64,000 nt of DNA from Dehalococcoidia bacterium (GTDB lineage: Bacteria > Chloroflexota > Dehalococcoidia > Plut-88900), in assembly GCA_965207225.1 (NCBI GenBank), contig CBDBLV010000001.1, positions 128,001-192,000 of the forward strand, given 5' to 3'. Under the pieces are notes generated by a model that saw only the letters and a list, made by a program, of their open reading frames with translations, made no database searches and had not been told where the DNA came from. Both the position numbers and the translations under genes were made by a program. Shown here piece after piece: positions 48,437 to 57,379 of this stretch. The first letter of the stretch is position 1; every line of letters starts with the position of its first letter.

Positions 48437-49630
48437 ATGCCCAAGAACCTCTACTTCTCCCAGGACGAATACGAGCGACGCTGGAAGGCCGTCTACGACT
48501 CCATGGACGAAAAGGGCTACGAGACCGCCGTCATCTGGGGTAAGACCGCCGGCAACTACGAACGCCACGGCGACCTCCTCTACCTCACCAACTACTACTC
48601 CAACCTATCCGGCCACTCCCTGGATGTCGAAGGCCACCAGCAGGCCCGCTCCTACGGCGCCGTCATCCTCCACCGCGGCCAGGAGCCCGAGCTCATCATG
48701 GACATGCCCAGCTTCGACATGGACCAGCTCGCCGTCGATAAGGTCGAAGGCCACCGGGACCCCATCTTCGGCGTCACCGAGGCCCTCAAGCGCCTCGGCG
48801 TCGAGGGCCGCGCCGCACTCATCGGCACCGACTTCCTCCCCATGAAATACGCGAAGCAGATGGAGGACCAGACCCCCGCCATCGAGTGGGTCGGCGAAGA
48901 TGAGTTAGTCCGGGAGGTCCGCCAGATCAAGAGCGACCCGGAGATCGAGCTCTATCGGAACGCCGGACAGACCATGACCGAAGCTATATCCGCCCTCATG
49001 GACGCCCTGATTAAGGGCAAGACCGAGGCCGAAGCCGCCGCCGACGCTGCATACATCATCACCAAGGCCGGCGGCCGATTCCACATGATCCCCGTCTCCC
49101 ACGGCGACTCCATCTACTACTTCACCCGCTCCCCCATCTCCGGCTTCAGCCTTGACGGCGCGGAGCCCGGTGACATGGTCCGGGGCTGGGTCTACGGCGC
49201 AGTCTACCAGGGCTACTGGATGGACCCCGGCCGCACCGCCGTCGCCGGCCGCGCCCCCACACCCGACCAGAAGGAGCTGATCGAAAGCTGTTACGGCATC
49301 GTCGATGGCATCATCAAGGCCATCAAGCCCGGAGTCCGAGTCGACGAGGTAGTCAAGGTCGGCGTCGACCTCATGGAGAAGGCCGGCACTGAGGAAAACC
49401 AGCTCGCCGAGATGTTCCCCCTCTTCGGTCACGGCCTCGGCCTCTTCTGGGAGCGGCCCTCTCTCCGCATCGGCCTGGAGACCGACGAAGTCCTCCGCGA
49501 AAACATGACCCTCGGCGTCGAGGCCTTCCTCTCGAAAACGGGCGTCGGCGTCGCCGGCTACGAAGACAACATCCTCATAACCTCCGAAGGCGCCGAAATC
49601 CTGACCCCCGCCCCACCCCTCTGGTGGTAA
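48437..49630 (+). CDS. M24-family (Xaa-Pro peptidase/creatinase-like) protein
   Basis: YERRW..V...M, RQIKSDPEI, GYWMD.GRT, GHGLGL..E.P, E, EDNILIT..GAEILT. Confidence 0.88.
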   Translation: MPKNLYFSQDEYERRWKAVYDSMDEKGYETAVIWGKTAGNYERHGDLLYLTNYYSNLSGHSLDVEGHQQARSYGAVILHRGQEPELIMDMPSFDMDQLAVDKVEGHRDPIFGVTEALKRLGVEGRAALIGTDFLPMKYAKQMEDQTPAIEWVGEDELVREVRQIKSDPEIELYRNAGQTMTEAISALMDALIKGKTEAEAAADAAYIITKAGGRFHMIPVSHGDSIYYFTRSPISGFSLDGAEPGDMVRGWVYGAVYQGYWMDPGRTAVAGRAPTPDQKELIESCYGIVDGIIKAIKPGVRVDEVVKVGVDLMEKAGTEENQLAEMFPLFGHGLGLFWERPSLRIGLETDEVLRENMTLGVEAFLSKTGVGVAGYEDNILITSEGAEILTPAPPLWW

Positions 49631-49681
49631 CCCTCCGTCTATTACCCCCCAACCCCACCCCCTGCTATAATGTCGGTTCCC

Positions 49682-49758
49682 GGGCCATTAGCTCAGGTGG
49701 TTAGAGCGCAGTCCTGATAAGACTGAGGTCCCTGGTTCGAGTCCAGGATGGCCCACCA
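49682..49758 (+). tRNA. tRNA-Ile(GAT)
   Basis: GGGCCAT/ATGGCCC acceptor stem, CT-GAT-AA loop, GGTTCGA T-arm, encoded CCA; TG-N-TATAAT upstream. Confidence 0.97.
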
Positions 49759-51335
49759 TTTTTGACGGTAGACAGAACCGAGCCGTTCAGGGCCATCTCC
49801 TCGGCGTTTCTCCCTCCTACCGGTCCATCCTGAGGCATGGGGATGGTGTACCGGAGGAGGGCGTTGTCGGGCATGACGACGATCTCCTTGACGAAAGACT
49901 CGATGAAGGCCCTGCGCTCGGTCAGTTCGCTCTCCTTCAGGAACTCGCTCATGTCCTGGGCGTAGGCAGCGATGGTCTCCACGTCGTCCAGCACCTCCCT
50001 GCGCTGGGAGAGGATGGTCCTGGCCTCGGCCGCCGAGTCCTCAAGGCGCTGTTGACGCTCCCGGTGCTCCCTGATGCGTTCCGAGGCGTCGGCCATGTCG
50101 AGGTCGGTGTTCTCCACCAGGTGCCAGACGCGGCCCAGCTTGCGCTTGACCTCATCAAGCTCGGCCTCGATGGTCTCCAGCTTCTGCCGCTGCTCGGCGG
50201 CGACCCCATCCATCTCCTCATCCACGATCTTGACCAGTTCGGTGATGTTGGACTCGGTGAGGACGTTCTCCCGTATCCTCTCCACCACCATCTCCTCGAA
50301 GCGTCGTGCGTTGAGCCTGGGGGTTGCGCAGGCATCCTTGCCCCGCTTCATGATGGACTGGCAGACGTAGTAGGCGAACTGGCCGCTCTTGGCGTCCTGG
50401 CCTGAGAGCGCCCTGTTGCAGGACTTGCACCTGACCAGCCCGCTGAGCAGGTAGGAGCTTCCCACCCTACGGGGGTGGTTCCTTTTGGGAGCGCGGGAGC
50501 GCATGAGCCGCTTGACGCGGTTGAATTGGGCCTTGGAGACGACGGCGGGGAACGCCTTCTCTATGCGTACGGGGTCGGACTTGACCTTCCCTGTAGTGCC
50601 CCAGAGCAGCGTGCCCGTGTAGACCTCGTTTCTGAGGATGAAGTGGACGCCGTTCTTGGACCAGAGCTTGCCGGTGGCGCTGGCGATGCCCTCGCCGTTG
50701 AGGGTGCGGGTGATTTCGGTCATCCCGGTGGCCGACTCGGCCATGTCGAAGATGCGCTTGACGACGGGAGCAGTGTCAGGGTCGATCTCCAGTGTGGGCC
50801 GCTTCTTGGCTCCGTCCTGCACCATGACGCGGTTGTAGCCGTAGGGCGTCCGGCTGGCGACCCAGAAGCCTCTGGAAGCGGCCTCCCGCATCCCCCGGCG
50901 AACCTCTTCCGCAAGATTTTCCGAGTAAAACTCATCGACCGACTCGATGATTCCCTCAAGGAGCCTGCCTGTGGCGGTGTCGTCGGCCTGCTCGGTGATG
51001 GAGACGACGCGGACGCCCTTTCGCCTGAGCATGGACTTGAAGGCGACGGCGTGCTCGCGCTTTCTGGTGAATCTACTAAATTTCCAGACAAGGATTTCTC
51101 TAAACGGGGCCTCGGGCTTGGCGGCCTCGTCGATCATCTTGCGGAACTCCGGGCGGTCGGCGACGCGCCCGCTCTCGGCCTCGTCCACGTACTCGCGGAC
51201 GACCACGTAGTCGTTCTTATGGGCGTACTCCCTGAGCGCCCGCAGCTGTGCGGCCACGGACAGGTCCACGTCCTGTCTGTCGCTGGAGACCCTGGCGTAG
51301 AGGGCCACGGGGGTGTAGTCGCTTCTATTGTTCAT
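49701..51335 (-). CDS. Large serine recombinase (ICE-2 integrase)
   Basis: ALYARVSS, KFSRFTR, TPYGY, LLSGLVRCKSC, YYVC; reads into the tRNA antisense strand. Confidence 0.93.
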   Translation of the reverse strand: MNNRSDYTPVALYARVSSDRQDVDLSVAAQLRALREYAHKNDYVVVREYVDEAESGRVADRPEFRKMIDEAAKPEAPFREILVWKFSRFTRKREHAVAFKSMLRRKGVRVVSITEQADDTATGRLLEGIIESVDEFYSENLAEEVRRGMREAASRGFWVASRTPYGYNRVMVQDGAKKRPTLEIDPDTAPVVKRIFDMAESATGMTEITRTLNGEGIASATGKLWSKNGVHFILRNEVYTGTLLWGTTGKVKSDPVRIEKAFPAVVSKAQFNRVKRLMRSRAPKRNHPRRVGSSYLLSGLVRCKSCNRALSGQDAKSGQFAYYVCQSIMKRGKDACATPRLNARRFEEMVVERIRENVLTESNITELVKIVDEEMDGVAAEQRQKLETIEAELDEVKRKLGRVWHLVENTDLDMADASERIREHRERQQRLEDSAAEARTILSQRREVLDDVETIAAYAQDMSEFLKESELTERRAFIESFVKEIVVMPDNALLRYTIPMPQDGPVGGRNAEEMALNGSVLSTVKNGGPSWTRTRDLSLIRTAL

Positions 51336-51379
51336 CTGTGAGTCCTCCTCCTGTTTCCTGTCGTTCCCGTGGGCCACTA

Positions 51380-51739
51380 CTAGCCTGCAACACCCGGCAT
51401 CGTCGTCATCGAACCCGTGTCTTCCCCAAGCGCGCTGACCATTTCACGCGGAAGGATGCCCTCGATCTGTTCAGCCTCGGAACGCTCGGCGTGGTAGAGG
51501 TCCCAACGGAGTTGCAGGTTCATCCAAAAGCCGGGCGAAGTGCCGAAGAACCTAGAGAGCCTCAGGGCGGTGCTTGGCGTGACCCCCCGCTTCCCTCGGA
51601 CGACTTCGTTGACCCTCTGATAGGGCACGTGAATGGCATTGGACAGGTCGCGCTGAGTCATTCCGAGGGGCAGCAGGAACTCCGTCAGAAGCATCTCGCC
51701 CGGATGCGTAGGCTCTCGATCGGTGGGAATGCGTACCAT
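51380..51739 (-). CDS. higA: HigA-family antitoxin
   Basis: PTHPGEML..EFL.P, RVNEVVRGKRGVT..TALRL..FFGTS..FWMNLQ. Confidence 0.92.
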   Translation of the reverse strand: MVRIPTDREPTHPGEMLLTEFLLPLGMTQRDLSNAIHVPYQRVNEVVRGKRGVTPSTALRLSRFFGTSPGFWMNLQLRWDLYHAERSEAEQIEGILPREMVSALGEDTGSMTTMPGVAG

Positions 51740-51753
51740 GCTCATTCTCCTCT

Positions 51754-52047
51754 TCAGTGATAGTCGGTGATTTCGACGTCGGCGGGTCCGGCAGGTGTCC
51801 ACGTGAAGCAGATTCGATACCTGTCGTTGACGCGAATACTGTGTTGCCCGCTTCGATCTCCGGCCAGCCGTTCCAGGCGGTTGCCGGGAGGTATTCTGAG
51901 GTCTCCCAGAACGGAGGCGGAATCGATCTGGTCAAGCTTTCGATGAGCCACTCCCCATATCGGCATGGGACATGCCCGCAGGGCCGCTTGAGTGGATTGC
52001 CCGTTGAAGATGTCCTCTGTACCGCCGTCTCTGAATGAGACAATCAT
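51754..52047 (-). CDS. higB: HigB (RelE/ParE) toxin
   Basis: MI.SF.D..T..IF.G, DLRIPPGNRLE.L.GDR.GQHSIRVND.YRICF.W, VEITDYH. Confidence 0.93.
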   Translation of the reverse strand: MIVSFRDGGTEDIFNGQSTQAALRACPMPIWGVAHRKLDQIDSASVLGDLRIPPGNRLERLAGDRSGQHSIRVNDRYRICFTWTPAGPADVEITDYH

Positions 52048-52143
52048 AAGTACATAATAGCACGGCTTTCGTGCTATGCCAAGATGCTAGCTTCACGCGG
52101 CCATCTCCAACGAGTCTGCCGGGGACAAGGTTGGGCGGGACGT

Positions 52144-52362
52144 TCACCGCCTGCCCTCGCCGTCATCCTCTGAGTGAGCCGCGTTCCTGCGCATGTGGGC
52201 GCGGACGGCGACCTTGGCCAGGATGCGCAGCCCCTTGCGTATCGTCCTCCGCTGCTGAGGAGTATAGGACTCCATCGGCCTGTCGGAGGACGACTCGGGA
52301 GCGTCCCTCCCCGGCCTCTTCTTTTGCCGGTTCCTCGTATCTTCTCTATTGGTGTCTTTCAT
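52144..52362 (-). CDS. Small hypothetical protein (possible directionality factor)
   Basis: YTPQQRRTIRKGLRILAKVAVRAH helix; same slot as 38836-39126. Confidence 0.55.
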   Translation of the reverse strand: MKDTNREDTRNRQKKRPGRDAPESSSDRPMESYTPQQRRTIRKGLRILAKVAVRAHMRRNAAHSEDDGEGRR

Positions 52363-52528
52363 GTTGCCTAATCTCAGCGGCGGTTCGTTGGGCCGCTGGC
52401 CTCTCGTTCCAGGTGTATTGGGTGGCCGCCGGGCACGGACGGATGGGTGCGAGCGCCCGGCGGCGTTGTGGTGTCCTACCCCGCCGCGCCGCCGATGCGC
52501 CGGTTAGGGCGCCGGCGGGGGGTGCCGG

Positions 52529-52819
52529 CTAGCTCCTGAAGTGGGTCATCCGTAGCTCCTCCCCCAGGAGGATCGGAAGGCATCCGATGCGGTTGGCGAA
52601 GATGACCAAGGTGAGCATGGAGCCTCCGCTGGGCGCCCAGCCCTTGAGCCACCTTCGCAGCAGCTTGTAGTCGATGCCGGTGACCCTGCACAGGCCGCGC
52701 CAGGAGAGGCCGCTGGCCTCCTTGAGGCGCACGAGCCGCTGGGGGAAGTCCTCGGGCATGTCGGCGCCCTGAAGGGGCTCCGTCCCGCTCCATCCGTCGA
52801 TGTGATCGATGTTGGTCAT
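52529..52819 (-). CDS. XRE-family HTH protein
   Basis: PEDFPQRLVRLKEASGLSWRGLCRVTGI...LRRW; GGAGG RBS. Confidence 0.78.
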   Translation of the reverse strand: MTNIDHIDGWSGTEPLQGADMPEDFPQRLVRLKEASGLSWRGLCRVTGIDYKLLRRWLKGWAPSGGSMLTLVIFANRIGCLPILLGEELRMTHFRS

Positions 52820-53141
52820 GTCTATCCTCCATGTCGTAAAGCTTTGGGTTGTTGTTCCCAAGGCCATGTGCATCCGGCGGCGGATGCGACCGGAGGGCGG
52901 TCGCTCCCCACGCGCCGACTTCGACATGGGACCGGGTCTGTCTGTAACGACCCCGGCGGGCCGGTTCCGGGAGGTGATCACCGAAGTGAGCCGTCTCCTG
53001 GGGCCGCCGCGTCGAGCCGGACGGCGCTCCGTCCTCCGCTCCTCCGGGGGCCTCTTGCTATATCGTTATCCGGTGAACGCATCGGCTTTCCATCTCCTAT
53101 CGGGTATTGAGCGGGAGTTTTCGCGCCGCTCCCTGCGTCGT

Positions 53142-54803
53142 TCATTTCGCTTCCGTCGGCAGGGACTGGGGCGGCTCCCATGCGGCGTCCGGGGTGCGCC
53201 AGGCGCGTCCCAGCGGTCCCAGGGAGTCGATGGCTTCTTTGTGGGAGACCCACAGGGGGACCGTGACCCGGCTGGCCTGCATCCGCTCCCTCGCCACGCG
53301 CAGGAAGTGGGTGGCGGCGATGTCGTCGTCGAAGACGATGAGAACGGCGGGTCTGGCCCCGTGGTCGTCGATGGGACGGTGGGACGAGTAGTAGCGCAGA
53401 TAGGGGGCGAGGCGCGTCGCCATCGTCGAGGGCCGAACGGCCCTTCGCTCCCACTCCAGGAAGAAGGCCCACGTCTCTTCGGCCCTGCGCAGGACGCCGA
53501 AGGCGTCGGGGTAGACGGCGCGCAACCGTTCGTCGTGGCGGAAGTGGCGGGACGCCCTCCTGGGCGGGTCGAGCTGCGCTATCTCCCAGCCCAGGTGCCG
53601 GGCCTGGGCCGCAAGCGCGGACAGGAAGACGTGGACGGCCTCGGTGTGCTCGATGTTCCTGAGAAGCTGGCGGCTCCTGCTGCCGGTGAGGTTGCGCCAC
53701 TCGAAAGGCCCTTTGGCGTCCTCCGGGGCGACGCTCAACCTCCTCCTCGCCGCCGCCACCGAGGTCCTGTCCCTGCGGGCGAGGAGGGCCAGTCCCCGGT
53801 CGGTGAGGGCCAGCCGTCCCTCCGCTTCGCGGGGCCTGACGACGAGGCTGAAGCCCTCCAGTGGATTGACGATCTGGGAAGCCCGCTGGGGCGATACGCC
53901 CAACAGACCGGCGAGTTCGCCGAGGGCGATCCAGGGCCAGTCGAATACCAGGTCGAGGGCGCGCTTCTCGGCGGGTCTGAGCGTCACGGGCAGCATGTGG
54001 TCGGCCATGTCGGCTACCGTTCCCATGACGGGCAGGTCTGCGGGGACCGACGCCAGTCCGGGCTGCGGCTCCCCCGGAAACGCGCCGCGGGGGTCGGTCC
54101 TGTCCAACGAATAGCGCAGGCCCACGGCTGCGTGGACCTGGGCCGGAGTCCAGATCGGGGCGTCTACGTCGGCCATGACCGTCTCGCGTTCGACGGCCAG
54201 GAGGGACGGAACGTCTGTGGTCGAGAGCATCCTGCGGGCGTGCCTGAGACGCACGGCGTCCGTCGTGAGGACGAGGACGACTCCGGGCATGGGTTCGTCC
54301 TTCAGTCGCCAGAGGCGCTGGGCGAAGACCGAGCGGTCGGCGGTGAGTCCCTGCCTGACGATTCCGACGGTCCTGCCGTCGGGAAGTTCCATACCCGCGT
54401 CCAGCTTGGATGAGCGGTACCAGCGGAAACGCAGGGGGTAGGCAACGTCGGAAGCGAGAGATGCGACGTGGTATATGGAAGCCAGGGCGTCCATGCGCTC
54501 CATCAGGCTTCGCCGCCACTCGGCGGAGACGGGGTGTGTACGCACCAGGTCGTCAAGCGACATCCCGTCCTCATCTGCAAGCCTGCGCAGCCCCGCCCCG
54601 GTGAGGTGGAACCTCCGGGAGGGTGGAAAGGGATCGACGGCGTGGAGCACGGAGCCGCAGAGGCCGTCTGCCTGAAGTCTCTCCACGGCCTCGTGGACCG
54701 CGCCCTTGGACCGGCCCGTGACCGGGACCATCTCCCGGCGATTGAGGTAGGGCATGTCGGCCAGGATGCGGATGATCTGAGCTTCCAGTCCCGCGGGTCT
54801 CAT
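53142..54803 (-). CDS. Replication-relaxation family protein (putative relaxase)
   Basis: Homolog of 33173-34855; YPDAFG, FLEWERR. Confidence 0.75.
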   Translation of the reverse strand: MRPAGLEAQIIRILADMPYLNRREMVPVTGRSKGAVHEAVERLQADGLCGSVLHAVDPFPPSRRFHLTGAGLRRLADEDGMSLDDLVRTHPVSAEWRRSLMERMDALASIYHVASLASDVAYPLRFRWYRSSKLDAGMELPDGRTVGIVRQGLTADRSVFAQRLWRLKDEPMPGVVLVLTTDAVRLRHARRMLSTTDVPSLLAVERETVMADVDAPIWTPAQVHAAVGLRYSLDRTDPRGAFPGEPQPGLASVPADLPVMGTVADMADHMLPVTLRPAEKRALDLVFDWPWIALGELAGLLGVSPQRASQIVNPLEGFSLVVRPREAEGRLALTDRGLALLARRDRTSVAAARRRLSVAPEDAKGPFEWRNLTGSRSRQLLRNIEHTEAVHVFLSALAAQARHLGWEIAQLDPPRRASRHFRHDERLRAVYPDAFGVLRRAEETWAFFLEWERRAVRPSTMATRLAPYLRYYSSHRPIDDHGARPAVLIVFDDDIAATHFLRVARERMQASRVTVPLWVSHKEAIDSLGPLGRAWRTPDAAWEPPQSLPTEAK

Positions 54804-57331
54804 TCTCCGACCTCCTCGTCCTCTTCGTCGGTGTGGTTCTCGGTCGCCTGCTCGTCGTTCTCCTCCCGTTCGGCCTGCTCCAATGCCTCGACGCCCTTGT
54901 GAAATTCGTCCACCTTCCCGTGGCCCTCGGCGTCGGCGTAGTCTCCCTGGCGGGCCGATACGGTGTAGCCTTGCGTAGCTGCACGTATGCGGTCGGCGAC
55001 CGATGGGTCTCCTTCCTCAGGCTTGCGCACCTCCATCGAGAAGGCGGGCATCCGCTCGGTGCCCACGGTGGCGCGGACGTAGCAGTGGTGCACGGGCAGG
55101 GACACGACGTCGTCCTCGGACACCCGGTCCTTGCCAAGCTCCCACACCAGGGTCCTGGCGTCTGAGCCGGCCACCTGGAAGACGGCGAGGCACCCCACGT
55201 TGGCGAGGATGGTGTCCCGCATGGTGCGGGAGAGGTCGTCCAGCTTGGCCAGGCTCTGGGTCGCCAGCACGAAGGACGCTCCGAACTTCCCAAGCTCGCT
55301 GAGCATCGACTCGTAGTCCACGCCGGGCATGGACTGCATCTCGTCCACGACGACCAGCGCGCCGCGACGTTCCCTGAGAGACAGGCTTCCCTGCTCCCGT
55401 ATCACGGCGTCCACCAGGTTCAGGAGCGACGCGCCCACCAGGGCGGCCACGTCCCTGCCCACCGTTCCCTGGGAGGTGGAGACCAGCAGCACGCCGCCGT
55501 CGTGGATGGTCCTTCTCAGGTCGATGGTGGAGCGGCGCTGCCCGAGGATGGCCCTCGCCCGCTTGGAGGACGCGTAGTAGGAGAGACGGGTCTGGACGGG
55601 GGCCAGGGCCTCCGCCTTGTACTGGCGGCCCCACTTGCCGAAGTCCCTGGCCCACCACTCCAGCAGGTAGGGGTCGGAGACCCTCTTGCGCACCTGCTTG
55701 GCGAACTCATCGTCCGAGAGCAGCTTCAGGCCGTCGAGGATGGTGTACTGCTGTTCGGCCTCCATCTGCTCGTTGGCCTCGTGGAGGGTCTTGACGGTCT
55801 GTTCCAGGATCGACTGCATCCTCGGTCCCCACTGGTCCCAGAGGCCCTTGGCCACCCGCACCACCGAGTCGGCGGTGCGGTCGCGGTCTGCGAATATGCG
55901 GGTGTCCAGCAGATTGACGCCGGGGGAACGGCTCGCGTCCGACAGGTCTATCAGCCTCACCCTGTCGGCTATCTCCTCCGGGACGTGTTCGAGGATGCCC
56001 GCCACCAGGTCGGTGTGGGGGTCTATGACGACGATGGCGTCTTCGTCCCTGCCCGCCGCCTTCTCCCGCATCTTGTGGGCGACCACGTGGTGCATCAGCG
56101 TGGACTTGCCCATGCGGGTGCGGGCCACGTAGAGGTGGTGACGGCGCAGCAGGTCGTCGGGGAATCTGATCTCCCTCTTGGTACCCGCCGTGGTGTCGCC
56201 CACCAGCGCACCGCCCCTGACTCCCTTCGCCGACGGGCTGAGCGCCCGTGCGCCGGACCGCTCCACCAACGGCGTCTCGTTCCCCGCTCCCGGCGGGTGC
56301 CAGAGGCAGGCGGCCTCCCGCACCCCCAGGACGCTGCGCCTGCCGAACAGGCCGGGGCCTGTGGGATGCAGGTTCTCCGGGGCGGGAGCGACGGGCCTTA
56401 CCTTGCTCACCTTGAACCTCGCCCCTGCCGGGTTGTCGAAGTGCCGGTAGGCGGCGGCAACCCTCCTCATGAGCTCCTCGGCCCGCTCGCGCCCCGTGTC
56501 GTCCGGCATGATCGCCGTGACCCGTATCTCGGCGTCGAAGGCGATGCGGGAGACCTTCTCCCTGATGAGCAGGGGGTCTTCGACCCGGTTCCTCGCCTTC
56601 TTGAAGCGGTGCCATGCCCAGCCTCCGACTCCAAGCCCCAGGGCCGCGCCGACGCCGATAAGCACGGCCTTCCACGTCTCTCCGTCCTGCACCCACAGGT
56701 AGCCCTGGAGGGCGGCCAGTGCCCCGATGCCGAGGACGGCCATGGTCACCCCGTCCATCTGGAGCGGCTTGGTCTGGTAGGTGTAGGAGGGCTCCCGCTG
56801 CTCCTGGCCGGGCCGCTTGTGGGCCTTCTCCATGTGGTGCTGGGACCAGTCGGGGCCGAGGGAGTTCAGCTTGAGTTGAGCCACCACGCGCTCCCCCTCG
56901 TAGAGGGACGACAGCGCGCCCATGAGGGCAATCAGAGGGTCGGAGCCGGGGTCGAGGAGGTCGTCGTCCCGGAAGGTTCTGAGGGGCACGTACTCGGGGC
57001 CGTCGGCCCGCAGCGTCATCGACCACGCCTGCTCGCCGTCTCCCAGGCGCAAGGGATCGTTGTTTGGGTCCACCTTCTCTATCCTGGCCTGGGGGTAGTG
57101 GGCGGAGATCTGGCCGCGTACCACCCTGTCGTCGATGCACCGGGCCATCAGCGTCACGCCGTCCATGTCTCCGGCCAGCTCCAAAGAGAAGGGCTCAGGC
57201 ACCGCGATGGACTGGAGGAGGTTCTCCACGCCCAGCAACGTCCGCTCACCCGTCCTCGGCGGCGTCACCGCAAGCAGCGCCGGGGTCTTGTCGGGGCTTC
57301 CAAATAGTTTGCGTATCGGGTTCTGTTTCAT
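54800..57331 (-). CDS. virD4: VirD4/TraD-like coupling protein
   Basis: ARTRMGKST, VVDEMQ; homolog of 30582-33176. Confidence 0.85.
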   Translation of the reverse strand: MKQNPIRKLFGSPDKTPALLAVTPPRTGERTLLGVENLLQSIAVPEPFSLELAGDMDGVTLMARCIDDRVVRGQISAHYPQARIEKVDPNNDPLRLGDGEQAWSMTLRADGPEYVPLRTFRDDDLLDPGSDPLIALMGALSSLYEGERVVAQLKLNSLGPDWSQHHMEKAHKRPGQEQREPSYTYQTKPLQMDGVTMAVLGIGALAALQGYLWVQDGETWKAVLIGVGAALGLGVGGWAWHRFKKARNRVEDPLLIREKVSRIAFDAEIRVTAIMPDDTGRERAEELMRRVAAAYRHFDNPAGARFKVSKVRPVAPAPENLHPTGPGLFGRRSVLGVREAACLWHPPGAGNETPLVERSGARALSPSAKGVRGGALVGDTTAGTKREIRFPDDLLRRHHLYVARTRMGKSTLMHHVVAHKMREKAAGRDEDAIVVIDPHTDLVAGILEHVPEEIADRVRLIDLSDASRSPGVNLLDTRIFADRDRTADSVVRVAKGLWDQWGPRMQSILEQTVKTLHEANEQMEAEQQYTILDGLKLLSDDEFAKQVRKRVSDPYLLEWWARDFGKWGRQYKAEALAPVQTRLSYYASSKRARAILGQRRSTIDLRRTIHDGGVLLVSTSQGTVGRDVAALVGASLLNLVDAVIREQGSLSLRERRGALVVVDEMQSMPGVDYESMLSELGKFGASFVLATQSLAKLDDLSRTMRDTILANVGCLAVFQVAGSDARTLVWELGKDRVSEDDVVSLPVHHCYVRATVGTERMPAFSMEVRKPEEGDPSVADRIRAATQGYTVSARQGDYADAEGHGKVDEFHKGVEALEQAEREENDEQATENHTDEEDEEVGE

Positions 57332-57379
57332 TTCTGTTACTCCTCCCTATGTATGGGTCTCTTCTGCGTTTTCGCCGTC

